From: Clostridia bacterium
Lineage (GTDB): Bacteria; Bacillota; Clostridia; Oscillospirales; Acutalibacteraceae
DNA: 64,000 nucleotides
Assembly (NCBI GenBank): GCA_017399535.1
Contig: JAFQBX010000043.1
Coordinates: forward strand, 11,971 to 75,970
Direction of reading: 5' to 3'
The position numbers and the translations under genes are program-made. The notes beneath the pieces were generated by a model, which saw nothing but the letters and a program-made list of their open reading frames with translations, was not told the origin of the DNA and ran no database searches. Of the stretch, positions 35,617 through 45,964 are shown piece by piece (the stretch's first letter is position 1; each line of letters opens with the position of its first letter).

Positions 35617-36504
35617 TTGGGCGCATTGTTTAAAATGATAGAATCGTGGATTACCCATTTCGGCCTGGTAATGAGCGCCTTTGGGATAGTCGATCTCCTC
35701 GATATTATCATCGTTGCATTTATTATCTACAAGCTGATTCAGATTGTCCGCCAAACGAGAGCCAAGCAGCTTATTTACGGTGTGCTTATTATCGTTTTTG
35801 CGTGGGCTGTTTCTGCATGGCTTGATATGATAGCGCTTAATTCCATGCTCAACCTTGTAATCGGTCAAGGTGTTATCGCTATCGCTATCATTTTTCAGCC
35901 CGAAATTCGTAACGCATTAGAGATTGTAAGCCGCACAAACATCGGTCTCATCAGTCGAAAAAATAAAGCAGGAAACACATCTGCGATCGAAGCAAGTATC
36001 GACGCAGTAACCCATGCCTGTCAGGCGTTTCAGAATTCAAAAACGGGAGCCCTCATTGTATTCGAGCGCGATACCCGTCTCGGCGATATTATTAAAACGG
36101 GGACAGTCGTCGATGCCGACGTAACTGTCGAGCTTCTGAGTAACATTTTTTATCCCAAAACGGCTCTCCACGACGGCGCAGTAATTATCCGCAACGGTAG
36201 AATTCATGCCGCAGGATGTATTCTCCCACTCACTCATGACAACAATCTGAAAAAAGAACTCGGTACCCGTCACCGTGCTTCAATCGGCATGAGCGAAAAT
36301 TCGGATGCCGTTGTAGTAGTTGTTTCGGAGGAAACGGGTAATATTTCGGTCGCAATCGACGGAAAGCTCCGTCGCGACTTTAATATGGGTTCGCTCCACG
36401 AATTTCTCGAAAAGGAACTCATTGTTAAAACTGATGACAATGATAATTCCTTTATCAGCAAGATCAAGATGATTGGAGGCAATAGAAATGACTCGTCTAA
36501 GTAG
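35617..36504 (+). CDS. cdaA: diadenylate cyclase CdaA
   Basis: Three N-terminal TM segments plus a DAC domain (ALHDGAVII, GTRHRAS, VVVVSEETG). The likely start is the TTG at 35617, 8 nt after GGAGG; the track ORF begins at 35602. Confidence 0.88.
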   Translation: MGALFKMIESWITHFGLVMSAFGIVDLLDIIIVAFIIYKLIQIVRQTRAKQLIYGVLIIVFAWAVSAWLDMIALNSMLNLVIGQGVIAIAIIFQPEIRNALEIVSRTNIGLISRKNKAGNTSAIEASIDAVTHACQAFQNSKTGALIVFERDTRLGDIIKTGTVVDADVTVELLSNIFYPKTALHDGAVIIRNGRIHAAGCILPLTHDNNLKKELGTRHRASIGMSENSDAVVVVVSEETGNISVAIDGKLRRDFNMGSLHEFLEKELIVKTDDNDNSFISKIKMIGGNRNDSSK

Positions 36505-37726
36505 TTTGCTTTCCCGCCTCCTCAAAAGTAACCGAGTTCTTGCGATACTTTCTCTCATCGTTTCGTTTGTGATTTGGTTCAATTTGTCTCAGGTGTATAA
36601 CCCTGTTTCGACGCGAGATATCAGCAATGTGCCTGTAACCTTCCGCGTCAGCTCGGCACTTGCAGCTGACGGATACGAGGTTATAAAAAACAGCGAAATC
36701 ACCGTTGACGTAACCGTTTCGGGAAAAACGGCAAATATATCCTCGCTGTCGGCAAATGACATTGACATTGTTGCTAACATCACCGGTCAGGGAATAAAAA
36801 CATGGACACTCGACAGCAGTGATAATCGCAACTTTGACGTTATCGCTATGAGTATGAATCAAGTTACCGTTATGACCGATATTTTCAATCGTGATGGCGA
36901 GAATTTCGAAGTAACGGCAAAGTCGAATAACGTTTCAGCGCCCGACGGACTTGTTGTCGACGCCGCAAAGGTAAAGGACGAGGAATTTTCGCAAATAAAA
37001 ATTACGGGAGCGCAGTCGGTAATTGATAGAATTGCCTACGTAGTGGCCGAGACCGACGTTAACGATACGATAAGCGAAACCACCGATTTTGACGGAAATA
37101 TTGCGTTGTTTGACCATGAGGGAAAGATAATTGACAGCAGTTACGTTTTTCTCTCCTTTGATACGGCAAAAATTACGGTTCCGATTTCGATGAAAAAGGA
37201 AGTTCCGGTTGTAGTAACCTTCGAGAACGCGCCAAAGGACAATCCTATAAAGGCGACACCGAGCGTTAAAACAGTTGTGGTAAAGGGGCCTCAGCAGGTT
37301 ATCGAAAAGTTAAAATCGGTTGAGCTCGAACCGATAAACTTTGCAGATATTACTCCTGATGCTACCGAATTTGTTCAAAAGATTAGAATGCCCGATTCGA
37401 TAGAAAGTAGCGACGGAAACGTCGAAATCACAGTAAAACTCGAAATGAAGGGCATAACTTATAAGAATATTGTTGTCACAAATTCGTCCTTTAAGCCGCA
37501 GAATGTTACGCAGGGACTCACCGCAACGATGGATAGCTTTACTGTCAAGGTGATAGGTCCATCCTCGGCGTTAAAGGGAATAACCGCAGATAACATCGTT
37601 GTTTCTGCCGACCTTAAATCATACAGCAAGGGTGAGCATAGCGGAGTGCCTGTAACGGTAAAGCTGGTAAACAAATCGTCAGCTTGGGTTGCAGGAGTAT
37701 ATACTGCCGATATTAAACAATCATAA
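36488..37726 (+). CDS. cdaR: CdaA regulatory protein CdaR (YbbR-domain protein)
   Basis: N-terminal TM followed by repeated YbbR-like beta domains, directly after cdaA. The ATG at 36488 is preceded by GGAGG. Confidence 0.8.
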   Translation: MTRLSSLLSRLLKSNRVLAILSLIVSFVIWFNLSQVYNPVSTRDISNVPVTFRVSSALAADGYEVIKNSEITVDVTVSGKTANISSLSANDIDIVANITGQGIKTWTLDSSDNRNFDVIAMSMNQVTVMTDIFNRDGENFEVTAKSNNVSAPDGLVVDAAKVKDEEFSQIKITGAQSVIDRIAYVVAETDVNDTISETTDFDGNIALFDHEGKIIDSSYVFLSFDTAKITVPISMKKEVPVVVTFENAPKDNPIKATPSVKTVVVKGPQQVIEKLKSVELEPINFADITPDATEFVQKIRMPDSIESSDGNVEITVKLEMKGITYKNIVVTNSSFKPQNVTQGLTATMDSFTVKVIGPSSALKGITADNIVVSADLKSYSKGEHSGVPVTVKLVNKSSAWVAGVYTADIKQS

Positions 37727-37828
37727 ATGCGCAGCAATAAAATTATAAAAGGCCGTCTTTTAGGCGGCCTCTAATTATCTGCACACATGAAGCTTTCCCG
37801 AATATACTAAAATCGGGAGGTGCTAATT

Positions 37829-38146
37829 GTGTCAGAAATGATATTAAACTTAATTATTGCGGCATTGGCTATTTACGGTCTAACCTGTTTTATACGATGG
37901 ATTTGGGCTTGGGTGATAAAAAGGGACGACAATGAAAAAATATTGGTTGTGCCGTTATATGATAGTAATTTGGAGTATTCGTTGCGCGAGGCAGTTGCTT
38001 TGGTAAAGGTGACGGCAATCAAAAAAATTGCAGCAATCGATTGTGGACTCAGCGACGAATCAAGGCAAATAGCACTTATGTTCGCGAATGGTGAACCGCT
38101 GGTGGAAATAATAAATTCAAATGATATTATAGAGAACATATTTTAG
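37829..38146 (+). CDS. hypothetical small membrane protein
   Basis: About 105 aa with one N-terminal TM (ILNLIIAALAIYGLTCFIRWIWAWVI). The GTG at 37829 lies 8 nt after GGAGG. No motif I recognise. Confidence 0.45.
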   Translation: MSEMILNLIIAALAIYGLTCFIRWIWAWVIKRDDNEKILVVPLYDSNLEYSLREAVALVKVTAIKKIAAIDCGLSDESRQIALMFANGEPLVEIINSNDIIENIF

Positions 38147-38158
38147 TTAAAAAAAGGG

Positions 38159-40372
38159 GTGAGGGCGGTGGCCGACGAAAGATTAGAGGGCACGGTTGAA
38201 TACATAACCTTTCATAATGAGGAAAGCGGATTTACCGTCCTCGAACTTGCAACAGAGGATGAACTTGTAACTGTGGTGGGCACATTTCCGCTCATTTCGC
38301 CTGGTGAAAATCTGATGCTTATCGGCAATTACGATACACACCATTCCTTTGGCCGTCAGTTTAAGGCAAAGGTGTGTGAGCGAAAGATGCCTGCATCAGC
38401 GGCGGCAATACTGCGCTATTTGTCGGCAGGCGGAATAAAGGGAATCGGTCCCGCAACAGCCAAAAAAATCGTGGATAAATTCGGCGAAAATTCGCTTCAA
38501 ATTATCGAAAAGGACCCCGAACGTCTTGCGAGTATAAAGGGAATAACCGTACATAAAGCACGTCAAATTTGCGACGAATTTATGCGTCAGTTTGGCATGC
38601 GTGAGGTAATGCTGTTTTTGTCCCGGTATTCGTTTACGTCCGACGAAGCGCTTGCTGTTTATAAAATATTCGGAGCGGCTTCGGTTGACCGATTGAAAGC
38701 AAATCCCTTTTATTTATGCAGTGACGAGCTTGGCTTTGACTTTGAACGAGTTGACGAAATGGCGGCTCAGCTTGGCTTTGAACATGATTTTACATTCAGA
38801 ATTTACGCAGGAATTGAGTATGTTCTGCGCCATAATTTGCAGAATGGTCATACCTGTATACCGCTCGATAAGCTGAGAACCCTTTCAAGCGGTCTGCTTG
38901 AAATTGAGGATGACAGAATTGCATCAATAATCGAATATATGGTTTCGTCAAACCGCCTTTTTCTCACCGAAATTGAGGGTAAAGAATTTGCCTATCTGCC
39001 GCATATGTACCGCGCCGAAAGCTATTGCGCAAGGCGTGTGAACGAACTTGCGAATACGGCGTTTAGGTCGTCACTTAATATTGAAAAAGAAATATCGAAA
39101 ATCGAGAAATCGCTCAAAATCGAGTTTCAAACTCGGCAAAAAGAGGCGATCAGCAACGCCCTTACGCGCGGAATAATGGTGCTCACCGGAGGCCCCGGCA
39201 CAGGAAAAACTACCACGCTGAATGGCATTATCCGTATATTTGAAAAGCTGGACTTCAATATCTGTCTTGCCGCGCCTACCGGCAGAGCGGCAAAGCGTAT
39301 GTCGGAGGTCACAGGTCGCGAAGCAAAGACCTTGCACCGACTGCTTGAAGTAGAATGGGGACCCAATCACCGCCCGGTTTTTATGCGCAACGAGCGAAAT
39401 CCACTTGATTGCAATATTATAATCGTGGACGAGCTGTCTATGGTTGACATAACATTATTTGAGAGCTTACTTTCCGCTATGCCGAGGGGATGCCGACTGA
39501 TTATGGTTGGTGACTCCGACCAGCTTCCGTCGGTCGGCGCAGGAAACGTGCTTCAGGACGTGATTGAATCGGGAATAGTGCCCGTAGTCGAGCTGACCGA
39601 AATTTTCCGTCAAGCGCTTGAAAGCACGATTATCACAAATGCCCACTTAATCGTAAAAGGCGAGGAACCCGACCTGAGCCACAAGGATACCGACTTCTTT
39701 TATTTAAACAGAAACGATGCTGTTTTGGGCGCGGATACTGTTGCCGATCTGTTTTGCCGACGTTTGCCCGAAGCATACGACTTTCTTTCGAATGGCGATA
39801 TTCAGGTTCTTTGTCCGTCACGAAAGAGGGAAATGGGCACGGTGAATATCAATAATTTAATTCAGCAACGCATCAATCCGCCTGCAATAAACAAGCGTGA
39901 AATGAAGCAGCACGGCTTTATTCTCCGCGAGGGCGACAGGGTAATGCAGAAAAAGAACAACTACGATATAATGTGGGAAAAGGACGACGGCACCGATGGA
40001 ACGGGAGTGTTCAACGGCGACGTAGGTGTTCTCAAAATGGTTGACATAAAATCGGATAGAATTGTAGTCTGTTATGACGACAGAGATGCCTATTACACCT
40101 ATGAGGATGCCGAGCAGCTAGAACTCGCCTATGCAGTAACGGTGCATAAGAGTCAGGGCAGCGAATTCGATTGTGTCATTTTACCCGTGCTTGACCTGCC
40201 CCCTCAGCTCAGATACCGAAATCTCCTTTACACCGCCGTAACTCGAGCCAAAAAGCTGCTTATTCTCGTCGGTTCGCAGGAGATTGTCAATCAAATGGTC
40301 CATAATGACAAGAGGACGCGTCGCTACACGGGACTCAAAATGATGATCGCGGAGAATAGAAATGATTTATAA
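38159..40372 (+). CDS. recD2: RecD2-type SF1B ATP-dependent DNA helicase
   Basis: 737 aa with GGPGTGKTT, IIVDELSMV, VGDSDQLPSVG and a C-terminal VTVHKSQGSEF. An alternative GTG start is at 38168. Confidence 0.9.
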   Translation: MRAVADERLEGTVEYITFHNEESGFTVLELATEDELVTVVGTFPLISPGENLMLIGNYDTHHSFGRQFKAKVCERKMPASAAAILRYLSAGGIKGIGPATAKKIVDKFGENSLQIIEKDPERLASIKGITVHKARQICDEFMRQFGMREVMLFLSRYSFTSDEALAVYKIFGAASVDRLKANPFYLCSDELGFDFERVDEMAAQLGFEHDFTFRIYAGIEYVLRHNLQNGHTCIPLDKLRTLSSGLLEIEDDRIASIIEYMVSSNRLFLTEIEGKEFAYLPHMYRAESYCARRVNELANTAFRSSLNIEKEISKIEKSLKIEFQTRQKEAISNALTRGIMVLTGGPGTGKTTTLNGIIRIFEKLDFNICLAAPTGRAAKRMSEVTGREAKTLHRLLEVEWGPNHRPVFMRNERNPLDCNIIIVDELSMVDITLFESLLSAMPRGCRLIMVGDSDQLPSVGAGNVLQDVIESGIVPVVELTEIFRQALESTIITNAHLIVKGEEPDLSHKDTDFFYLNRNDAVLGADTVADLFCRRLPEAYDFLSNGDIQVLCPSRKREMGTVNINNLIQQRINPPAINKREMKQHGFILREGDRVMQKKNNYDIMWEKDDGTDGTGVFNGDVGVLKMVDIKSDRIVVCYDDRDAYYTYEDAEQLELAYAVTVHKSQGSEFDCVILPVLDLPPQLRYRNLLYTAVTRAKKLLILVGSQEIVNQMVHNDKRTRRYTGLKMMIAENRNDL

Positions 40373-41039
40373 CGATAAGCCATCGTATTGGGGCTTTTTG
40401 GTTTCGCTCGTCTATCCCGTCAGATGCTTTTGCTGTGACGGACTAATCAATTATGGCGACTATGTATGCGACGATTGCCGAGTCGAAATTGAAAAATGCC
40501 GTAACAGTCGAACAAAGGTGGTTTCATTTTATGGCAGAAGGTATAATATTCATTCGCCTTTTGTGTATATGGATGCGGCTGAATCGGCGGTAAAGCTTAT
40601 TAAATTCACATTTAGCCCCGATAACGCAAAGCCGATGGGCGACGAAATTGCCGCCAAGGTGAGACGGCTTCGCGAAAGGGATTTTGACATCGTCACAGCC
40701 GTCCCATTTACTAAGAAGGACAAGCTTGACCGCGAATACAATCACGCGGTTTTGATGGCGAAAAGGGTGTCAAAGCGGCTGTCCGTCCCGTTCGATGAAA
40801 AACTGCTTAAAAAGATTAGACAAACAAAGCGTCAGCATCATCTTTCAGGACTCGAACGCCGTACCAATTTGAGAGGCGCATTTGCCGCACGTAAGGACGT
40901 CAGGGGAAAGCATATTTTGCTCATCGACGACGTGGTTACAACGGGAGCAACCCTTTGCGAATGCGCCGATATGCTATATCGTGCAGGGGCGAGGAAGGTC
41001 ACCTGCGCCACCTTTGCGGCTACAAAATATTCAAATTGA
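40362..41039 (+). CDS. comFC: ComF-family protein (ComFC, phosphoribosyltransferase-like)
   Basis: 225 aa with an N-terminal Cys4 zinc finger and the PRT motif ILLIDDVVTTGAT. It overlaps the recD2 stop. Confidence 0.8.
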   Translation: MIYNDKPSYWGFLVSLVYPVRCFCCDGLINYGDYVCDDCRVEIEKCRNSRTKVVSFYGRRYNIHSPFVYMDAAESAVKLIKFTFSPDNAKPMGDEIAAKVRRLRERDFDIVTAVPFTKKDKLDREYNHAVLMAKRVSKRLSVPFDEKLLKKIRQTKRQHHLSGLERRTNLRGAFAARKDVRGKHILLIDDVVTTGATLCECADMLYRAGARKVTCATFAATKYSN

Positions 41040-41098
41040 CAGAGGATTTTCTTTGTTATATAATTTATGTAGGATAAAAAATATTGATTGGAGTTACC

Positions 41099-42121
41099 AT
41101 GTTCACTGATTTGGGAGTTGACCTCGGAACGAGAAAAACGGTAATATGCCGAGGTAAAAAAATTGTACTTAATCAGCCCTCTGTTGTGCTGATGGAGGAA
41201 TATGATAACAGCCCGTATAAATTCGGCAAGGAAGCATTCGAGGCGATTGGTCGCGTTCCGTCGCGTTATCGTGCCGTTTGTCCGATTCAAAGGGGGGTTA
41301 TTTCTGACTATGACGTGGCGGAGCACATGCTTCGTTGCTATATTCAGTATGCCTGCGGCAAGCGAATGACAAAGCCGCGTGTTGTTGTTTCGATGCCGTC
41401 GAATATCACCTGGGTTCAGCAGCGTTCTATCATCGACGCGGTGCAGAATGCGGGTGGACGAAGTGTTTGTACCATCGAGTCGTCGGTAGCCGCCGCTCTC
41501 GGAATGGGAATTGATTTCAAACGTCCTCACGGAGCAATTATCGTTGATATTGGCGCAGGAACGACCGACGTTGCCGTTATTTCAATGGGCGGATTGTCAA
41601 AATGCGAGTCATTGAGGGTTGCAGGTACCGATATTGACGCCGCAATTATTGATTATATGAAGCATGAGTACAATATGCTCATCGGCGAACATACAGCCGA
41701 ATTCATAAAGTGTCAGGTCGGTGCGGCGATACCTCGACCGGTCGAAATCGTCATTCAGGCAAAGGGTATCAGCATCGCGACAGGAATGCCTAAATCGGTC
41801 GAAATTACCGCTAACGAAATATGCGAAGCAATTTCCGACGTGGTTTACCGCATTTCGAGCGCAATTCGAAACGTACTTGATAAAACACCGCCCGAGCTTG
41901 TGGGAGACATTGCCGAGGACGGAATTTATTTGACGGGCGGCACCTCACAGCTTTCGGGAATGTCCGACTGGCTGTCAAAGTATATCGGGATAAAGGTAAT
42001 CACCGCCGATAATTACGAAACCTGCGTTGCGCGAGGAATAGGGAACGTGCTTGAACATTTTGATATACTCCAAAATGGCGATTACGAATTCCGCACCTTG
42101 CAGGATTTGATAATTGGTTAA
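41099..42121 (+). CDS. MreB/Mbl-family actin-like protein
   Basis: DLGVDLGT, IVDIGAGTTDVAV and LTGGTSQL motifs. The ATG at 41099 follows GGAG. Confidence 0.85.
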   Translation: MFTDLGVDLGTRKTVICRGKKIVLNQPSVVLMEEYDNSPYKFGKEAFEAIGRVPSRYRAVCPIQRGVISDYDVAEHMLRCYIQYACGKRMTKPRVVVSMPSNITWVQQRSIIDAVQNAGGRSVCTIESSVAAALGMGIDFKRPHGAIIVDIGAGTTDVAVISMGGLSKCESLRVAGTDIDAAIIDYMKHEYNMLIGEHTAEFIKCQVGAAIPRPVEIVIQAKGISIATGMPKSVEITANEICEAISDVVYRISSAIRNVLDKTPPELVGDIAEDGIYLTGGTSQLSGMSDWLSKYIGIKVITADNYETCVARGIGNVLEHFDILQNGDYEFRTLQDLIIG

Positions 42122-42145
42122 TTTAGCTTGGCTTTGTTTAAAAGT

Positions 42146-42186
42146 GCAGGACCGCATAAATTTTGATTTGCGGTCTTGCTTTTTTA
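42146..42186 (+). terminator. rho-independent terminator after the mreB-like gene
   Basis: GCAGGACCGCA-N12-TGCGGTCTTGC followed by TTTTTT. Confidence 0.7.
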
Positions 42187-42223
42187 TTATCATACTGTTA
42201 TAATATTCGGGTGGTATAAATTT

Positions 42224-42299
42224 GCTGGTATAGCTCAGCCGGTAGAGCAGCTGATTCGTAATCAGCAGGTCGGGTGTTCGAGTCACCTTACCAGCTCCA
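42224..42299 (+). tRNA. tRNA-Thr (anticodon CGT), CCA encoded
   Basis: Acceptor GCTGGTA / TACCAGC. AGCTCAGCCGGTAGAGC D-arm. Anticodon stem GCTGA / TCAGC with loop TTCGTAA. GGTGTTCGAGTCACC T-arm. Confidence 0.9.
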
Positions 42300-42302
42300 T
42301 AT

Positions 42303-42338
42303 AAAAAAAGACACGCTTATCAGAGCGTGTCTTTTTTT
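42303..42338. terminator. bidirectional terminator (tRNA-Thr / ger operon)
   Basis: AAGACACGCT-TATCAG-AGCGTGTCTT flanked by an A-run and a T-run. Confidence 0.7.
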
Positions 42339-44400
42339 ATATGCTTATTTTTGCTTTCAGTTTCAGATTCTTAAATTTTTGTTTGAATTCCGCCTTTTCA
42401 AATTGGTCGATGGTTTTATAATTTTTTGCCGCCTCGTAACCTATGCCTAAAATATCACTGCCTGCATCTGAAATATCGTTAATCGTTTCATTTAACCTCT
42501 TTGTAAGCATTGACTTTAAATTGTCAGGCAGCTTATCAACACTTTTACCGCCCATCGAGCAGGTCACGCGAATTTCAATTTGGGCGATATTGTTATCTAG
42601 CGTTATTTTGGCGGCACCTTTTGATGAAACGGAATATTCGTCACCGTTAAAGCCGAGTTTATAATCTTTAAGCTTGCCGTTTATCGCCTTCACAATAGCG
42701 GTTTCGTCGCCATCGAGGTAGCCAACCGCCTTTTCGCCCGAAAACATAACCGTACCGCTGATGCTGTCCTCGTTGTCACCATCGCCATTTACGACATAGG
42801 CGGCGGATGGGTCCTTTGTCGTAGAAAAAATTGCATTGTAAACCTTATTTATCGAAATTGAGTCGTACACATTGCTTTTGCCTTCGTTGTTGACGGTAAG
42901 CTCAATTTCCTGCATACTGCCAAATCGCTTTGCCGAAACGAATTTTTCCGCCGAATCGCTGCAAATTGCGAGCATAATACTGTTTTTAGTTGACGTGTCC
43001 TCGATAATCGGCTCGATGAATTTCAGTACGCCCGTTTCAGCCAAATCGTATGAAATCGCAAGTATTCTCAAATTTTTTAGTGAGAGAGATTTTGATTTTT
43101 GTGCCGAAAGCTTGTTAATCACGTCACCAAGTGATTCACCCGACTGAATAATAATGCCGTTATCCTCGTTCATTAGCCGAATCGAATAGGAATAGGTCGA
43201 GTCGGTTACGCCCTCATCAATTCCAATCATAACCGCATACGACTCGTTTTCGATTTCGCGATAATCGGCACATGAGCAAATTGACATTCCCATCCCGACA
43301 AAAAGCAGTGCCAACACCGCTTTTTTATATAGCTTGAATTTGATGATTCCCCCAATAAGCAAAATGACGCCTATAATGAGAAAAAATATAAAGCTGTATT
43401 GACGATAGATTGACAGAATGCTATTGTTATCAACCCTTGTATTATCAGGGATAACTCCAATTAAAAACACCAGTATCGCTATGGCTAGGGTTATAACCGA
43501 CGAACGTTTCTTTTTGATTGCAAAGGTGTCGTCAATTTGCTTTATAGCCGCGCTTAAATAAATTGAGATGAAGCAAATCATGGACAGAATAATGATAAAT
43601 AGCAGTATTGCCTCAAATCGTTGAAAAAATCCGCTTCTTTCAGCACCTCTGGCGATGTCAATGATACCGCTTGTACTGTTTTGCGTCAGCGAATAGGGGA
43701 ATGCAAGCGAGTAGCAAAAGCTACAAGCCGTATATGCAACAAGCGCGGTTATAGTGGCGGCAATGCTAACTCGTCCTACCTTTCGTGAACATAATTTATC
43801 GGCAAAAATGAGCCCGATTAAAATATTGTCAACCGATGAAAGAGTCAGTATGCTACCCTTTGCCGACGAGCCAAAGCCATAGCCGAATATGGGGAAAATA
43901 TTACCCATTTCAAACTGTCCAAGCCCCGAGAATATCACAATAACTATGCCGAGAATTACACTGAAAAACACGGGTACAGCCGTTTTTGCGATTGCCTTGT
44001 GCCCCGATTTTGCTGAATAAAACGCTACAAGCATTATTACTCCTGCGATGACCACTTCGGCGGTGTTTCCGTATCCGTACAGCTTCATCAGTCGTATGCA
44101 TTCAAAAAGACGCTCCGACATCGAAAGTATTATCGCAGCAACAATCAGACAGTTTATAACCATGCCGAAAAAATCGCCTGCGCAATCATATACTAGGTCA
44201 GAAAGCTTTTCGTGACCGGTTGAACTTATCAGCTTTGTCGCAATTAAGGTGACGATTAAAAATACCGCACAGCCGATAAAAGCCGAAATGAATGATGCAG
44301 TTGCCGACGTTTCGATAAGAAAATTGAGAGCGTAGGTATAAACATACACAAGCGTACCTACCGACATTACCGAGAATAGCTGTAATTTACTCATTGTCAC
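42337..44400 (-). CDS. spore germination protein: apparent in-frame fusion of a GerAB-type permease and a GerAC-type lipoprotein
   Basis: 687 aa. Residues 1 to about 360 are a 10-TM GerAB-like permease. They are followed by KKAVLALLFVGMGMSICSC (a lipobox-like signal), then CADYREIENESYAVMIGIDEG and a GerAC-like soluble domain. No stop codon separates the two parts. Confidence 0.75.
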   Translation of the reverse strand: MTMSKLQLFSVMSVGTLVYVYTYALNFLIETSATASFISAFIGCAVFLIVTLIATKLISSTGHEKLSDLVYDCAGDFFGMVINCLIVAAIILSMSERLFECIRLMKLYGYGNTAEVVIAGVIMLVAFYSAKSGHKAIAKTAVPVFFSVILGIVIVIFSGLGQFEMGNIFPIFGYGFGSSAKGSILTLSSVDNILIGLIFADKLCSRKVGRVSIAATITALVAYTACSFCYSLAFPYSLTQNSTSGIIDIARGAERSGFFQRFEAILLFIIILSMICFISIYLSAAIKQIDDTFAIKKKRSSVITLAIAILVFLIGVIPDNTRVDNNSILSIYRQYSFIFFLIIGVILLIGGIIKFKLYKKAVLALLFVGMGMSICSCADYREIENESYAVMIGIDEGVTDSTYSYSIRLMNEDNGIIIQSGESLGDVINKLSAQKSKSLSLKNLRILAISYDLAETGVLKFIEPIIEDTSTKNSIMLAICSDSAEKFVSAKRFGSMQEIELTVNNEGKSNVYDSISINKVYNAIFSTTKDPSAAYVVNGDGDNEDSISGTVMFSGEKAVGYLDGDETAIVKAINGKLKDYKLGFNGDEYSVSSKGAAKITLDNNIAQIEIRVTCSMGGKSVDKLPDNLKSMLTKRLNETINDISDAGSDILGIGYEAAKNYKTIDQFEKAEFKQKFKNLKLKAKISI

Positions 44401-45886
44401 CCTCCATAGCCGCCCATAATCGTGAAATTTGCGGTTGCTGACGTAGTGACTTTGGCTTCAATGAAAATGCGCGAAGTTCCTGCTTCCATATGGGGCGCTG
44501 GTATACCATGTTTCCGTTCACTGAATTTTGCTTTGTTGTTGACGAAAGCATCGAAACGCCAAATGAACTTTGCTTTGCAAGCATTGTGAGGACCAAAATT
44601 ATTCCTGCGCCGATTCCGAGAAAGCCAAGTGTACCGCCGAGAATGATAAACCCGAATTTAAGCACACGTATTCCTGACGAAAGCTCGTAGTCGGGTATAA
44701 CAGCGTTTGCGATTCCCGAAATTGCTACAATTATGAGGGTTACGGGACTTACAATTCCTGCTTCGACTGCCGCTTGACCGAGAATGAGTCCGCCGACAAC
44801 ACCGATTGCGCTACCGATTGCATTCGGTACCCGCAGTCCCGCCTCACGAACAAGCTCAAAAAATATCTCCATAACGATATATTCAGCCATTGCAGAGAAG
44901 GGGATTTGCCGTCTTGTTTCGGCAATTATGGTCAAAAGCTGACTCGGTATCAGCTCATGGTGAAAGCAGGTAAGCGCGAGAAAAATGCCTGATAACAGAA
45001 TGGATAAAATGAAAGCAAATGTGCGAATAATTCGCGAAAATGTGCCGCTCTGCCACCTTTGCTGGTTTCCCTCGGGTGAGTCGAGAAGCACCGCAAGTGA
45101 AATCGGCATAATGAGGGCAAAGGGCGTATTGTCGCATATTACCGCAATTCGTCCTGCGGCAAGATATTCTGCCGTGCGGTCGGGTCTTTCGGTCGAAAGT
45201 ATCGACGGAAAAAGCGACCAGGTCGAGTCCTCGATAAGCTGCTCGACCATTCCTGCACCTGAAATAAAATCACCTTTGATATTATTCAGTCGGAACTTCA
45301 CCTTGTTTACGAGCTCGTCACTTGTCAAATCGTCAAGGTACATAATTGCACATTTACAGTCGTTAATTTTGCCCACCGAAACAAATTCCGTGCATAGCTT
45401 CGGACTTTTTATAATACGACGAAGTAGTGTGATACTCGTCCTTATGCTTTCTGTATATCCTTCGTGAGAGCCCTTTATTACCGACTCGGTATCGGGGGAG
45501 GAAACCGACCTTTTATCAAATGCCTTTGTTTCAACGACGGCGCATTTTTCACCGCCATCGGCATAAACGAGCGTGTCGCCCATCAAAATTGATGCCGCCG
45601 CCCTATCAATGCTTGTTTCGGCTTTTACATTGTTATACTGAATTGCGCCCAAAAGGTCAAAATGTTCCTTTTCATCCACGTTTGACATAATCGCACGAAT
45701 GATAAAATCGTTAATTCCGATTGTGTTTGCCATCCCGTCAATATAAGCGAGAAAGCATTTAACACCCTTTTTATTTTCGAATTCGCGAATGATAATATCT
45801 GAGTTTTTGCCGTAACAGAATTTATCTTTAATGTAACTAATGTTTTTACTAATATTTATATCAAAATCCAAAAATAACACCCTCAA
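44387..45886 (-). CDS. spore germination protein, GerA (A-subunit) family
   Basis: 499 aa with a soluble N-terminal domain plus a C-terminal TM bundle. It overlaps the downstream ger gene by 14 nt. Confidence 0.88.
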   Translation of the reverse strand: MRVLFLDFDINISKNISYIKDKFCYGKNSDIIIREFENKKGVKCFLAYIDGMANTIGINDFIIRAIMSNVDEKEHFDLLGAIQYNNVKAETSIDRAAASILMGDTLVYADGGEKCAVVETKAFDKRSVSSPDTESVIKGSHEGYTESIRTSITLLRRIIKSPKLCTEFVSVGKINDCKCAIMYLDDLTSDELVNKVKFRLNNIKGDFISGAGMVEQLIEDSTWSLFPSILSTERPDRTAEYLAAGRIAVICDNTPFALIMPISLAVLLDSPEGNQQRWQSGTFSRIIRTFAFILSILLSGIFLALTCFHHELIPSQLLTIIAETRRQIPFSAMAEYIVMEIFFELVREAGLRVPNAIGSAIGVVGGLILGQAAVEAGIVSPVTLIIVAISGIANAVIPDYELSSGIRVLKFGFIILGGTLGFLGIGAGIILVLTMLAKQSSFGVSMLSSTTKQNSVNGNMVYQRPIWKQELRAFSLKPKSLRQQPQISRLWAAMEGDNE

Positions 45887-45964
45887 TTAGCATTTTCAGT
45901 ATTTTCCGTCATATACACCGAAAATTTTCATATATTTTATTAAAAATGATTTGGGAGTAAATGT

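Noticed and set aside
40838-41530. 230-aa minus-strand ORF
   Set aside because: It is antisense to comFC and the mreB-like gene, both of which have clear family motifs. Its sequence is Arg/Asn-rich with no recognisable domain.
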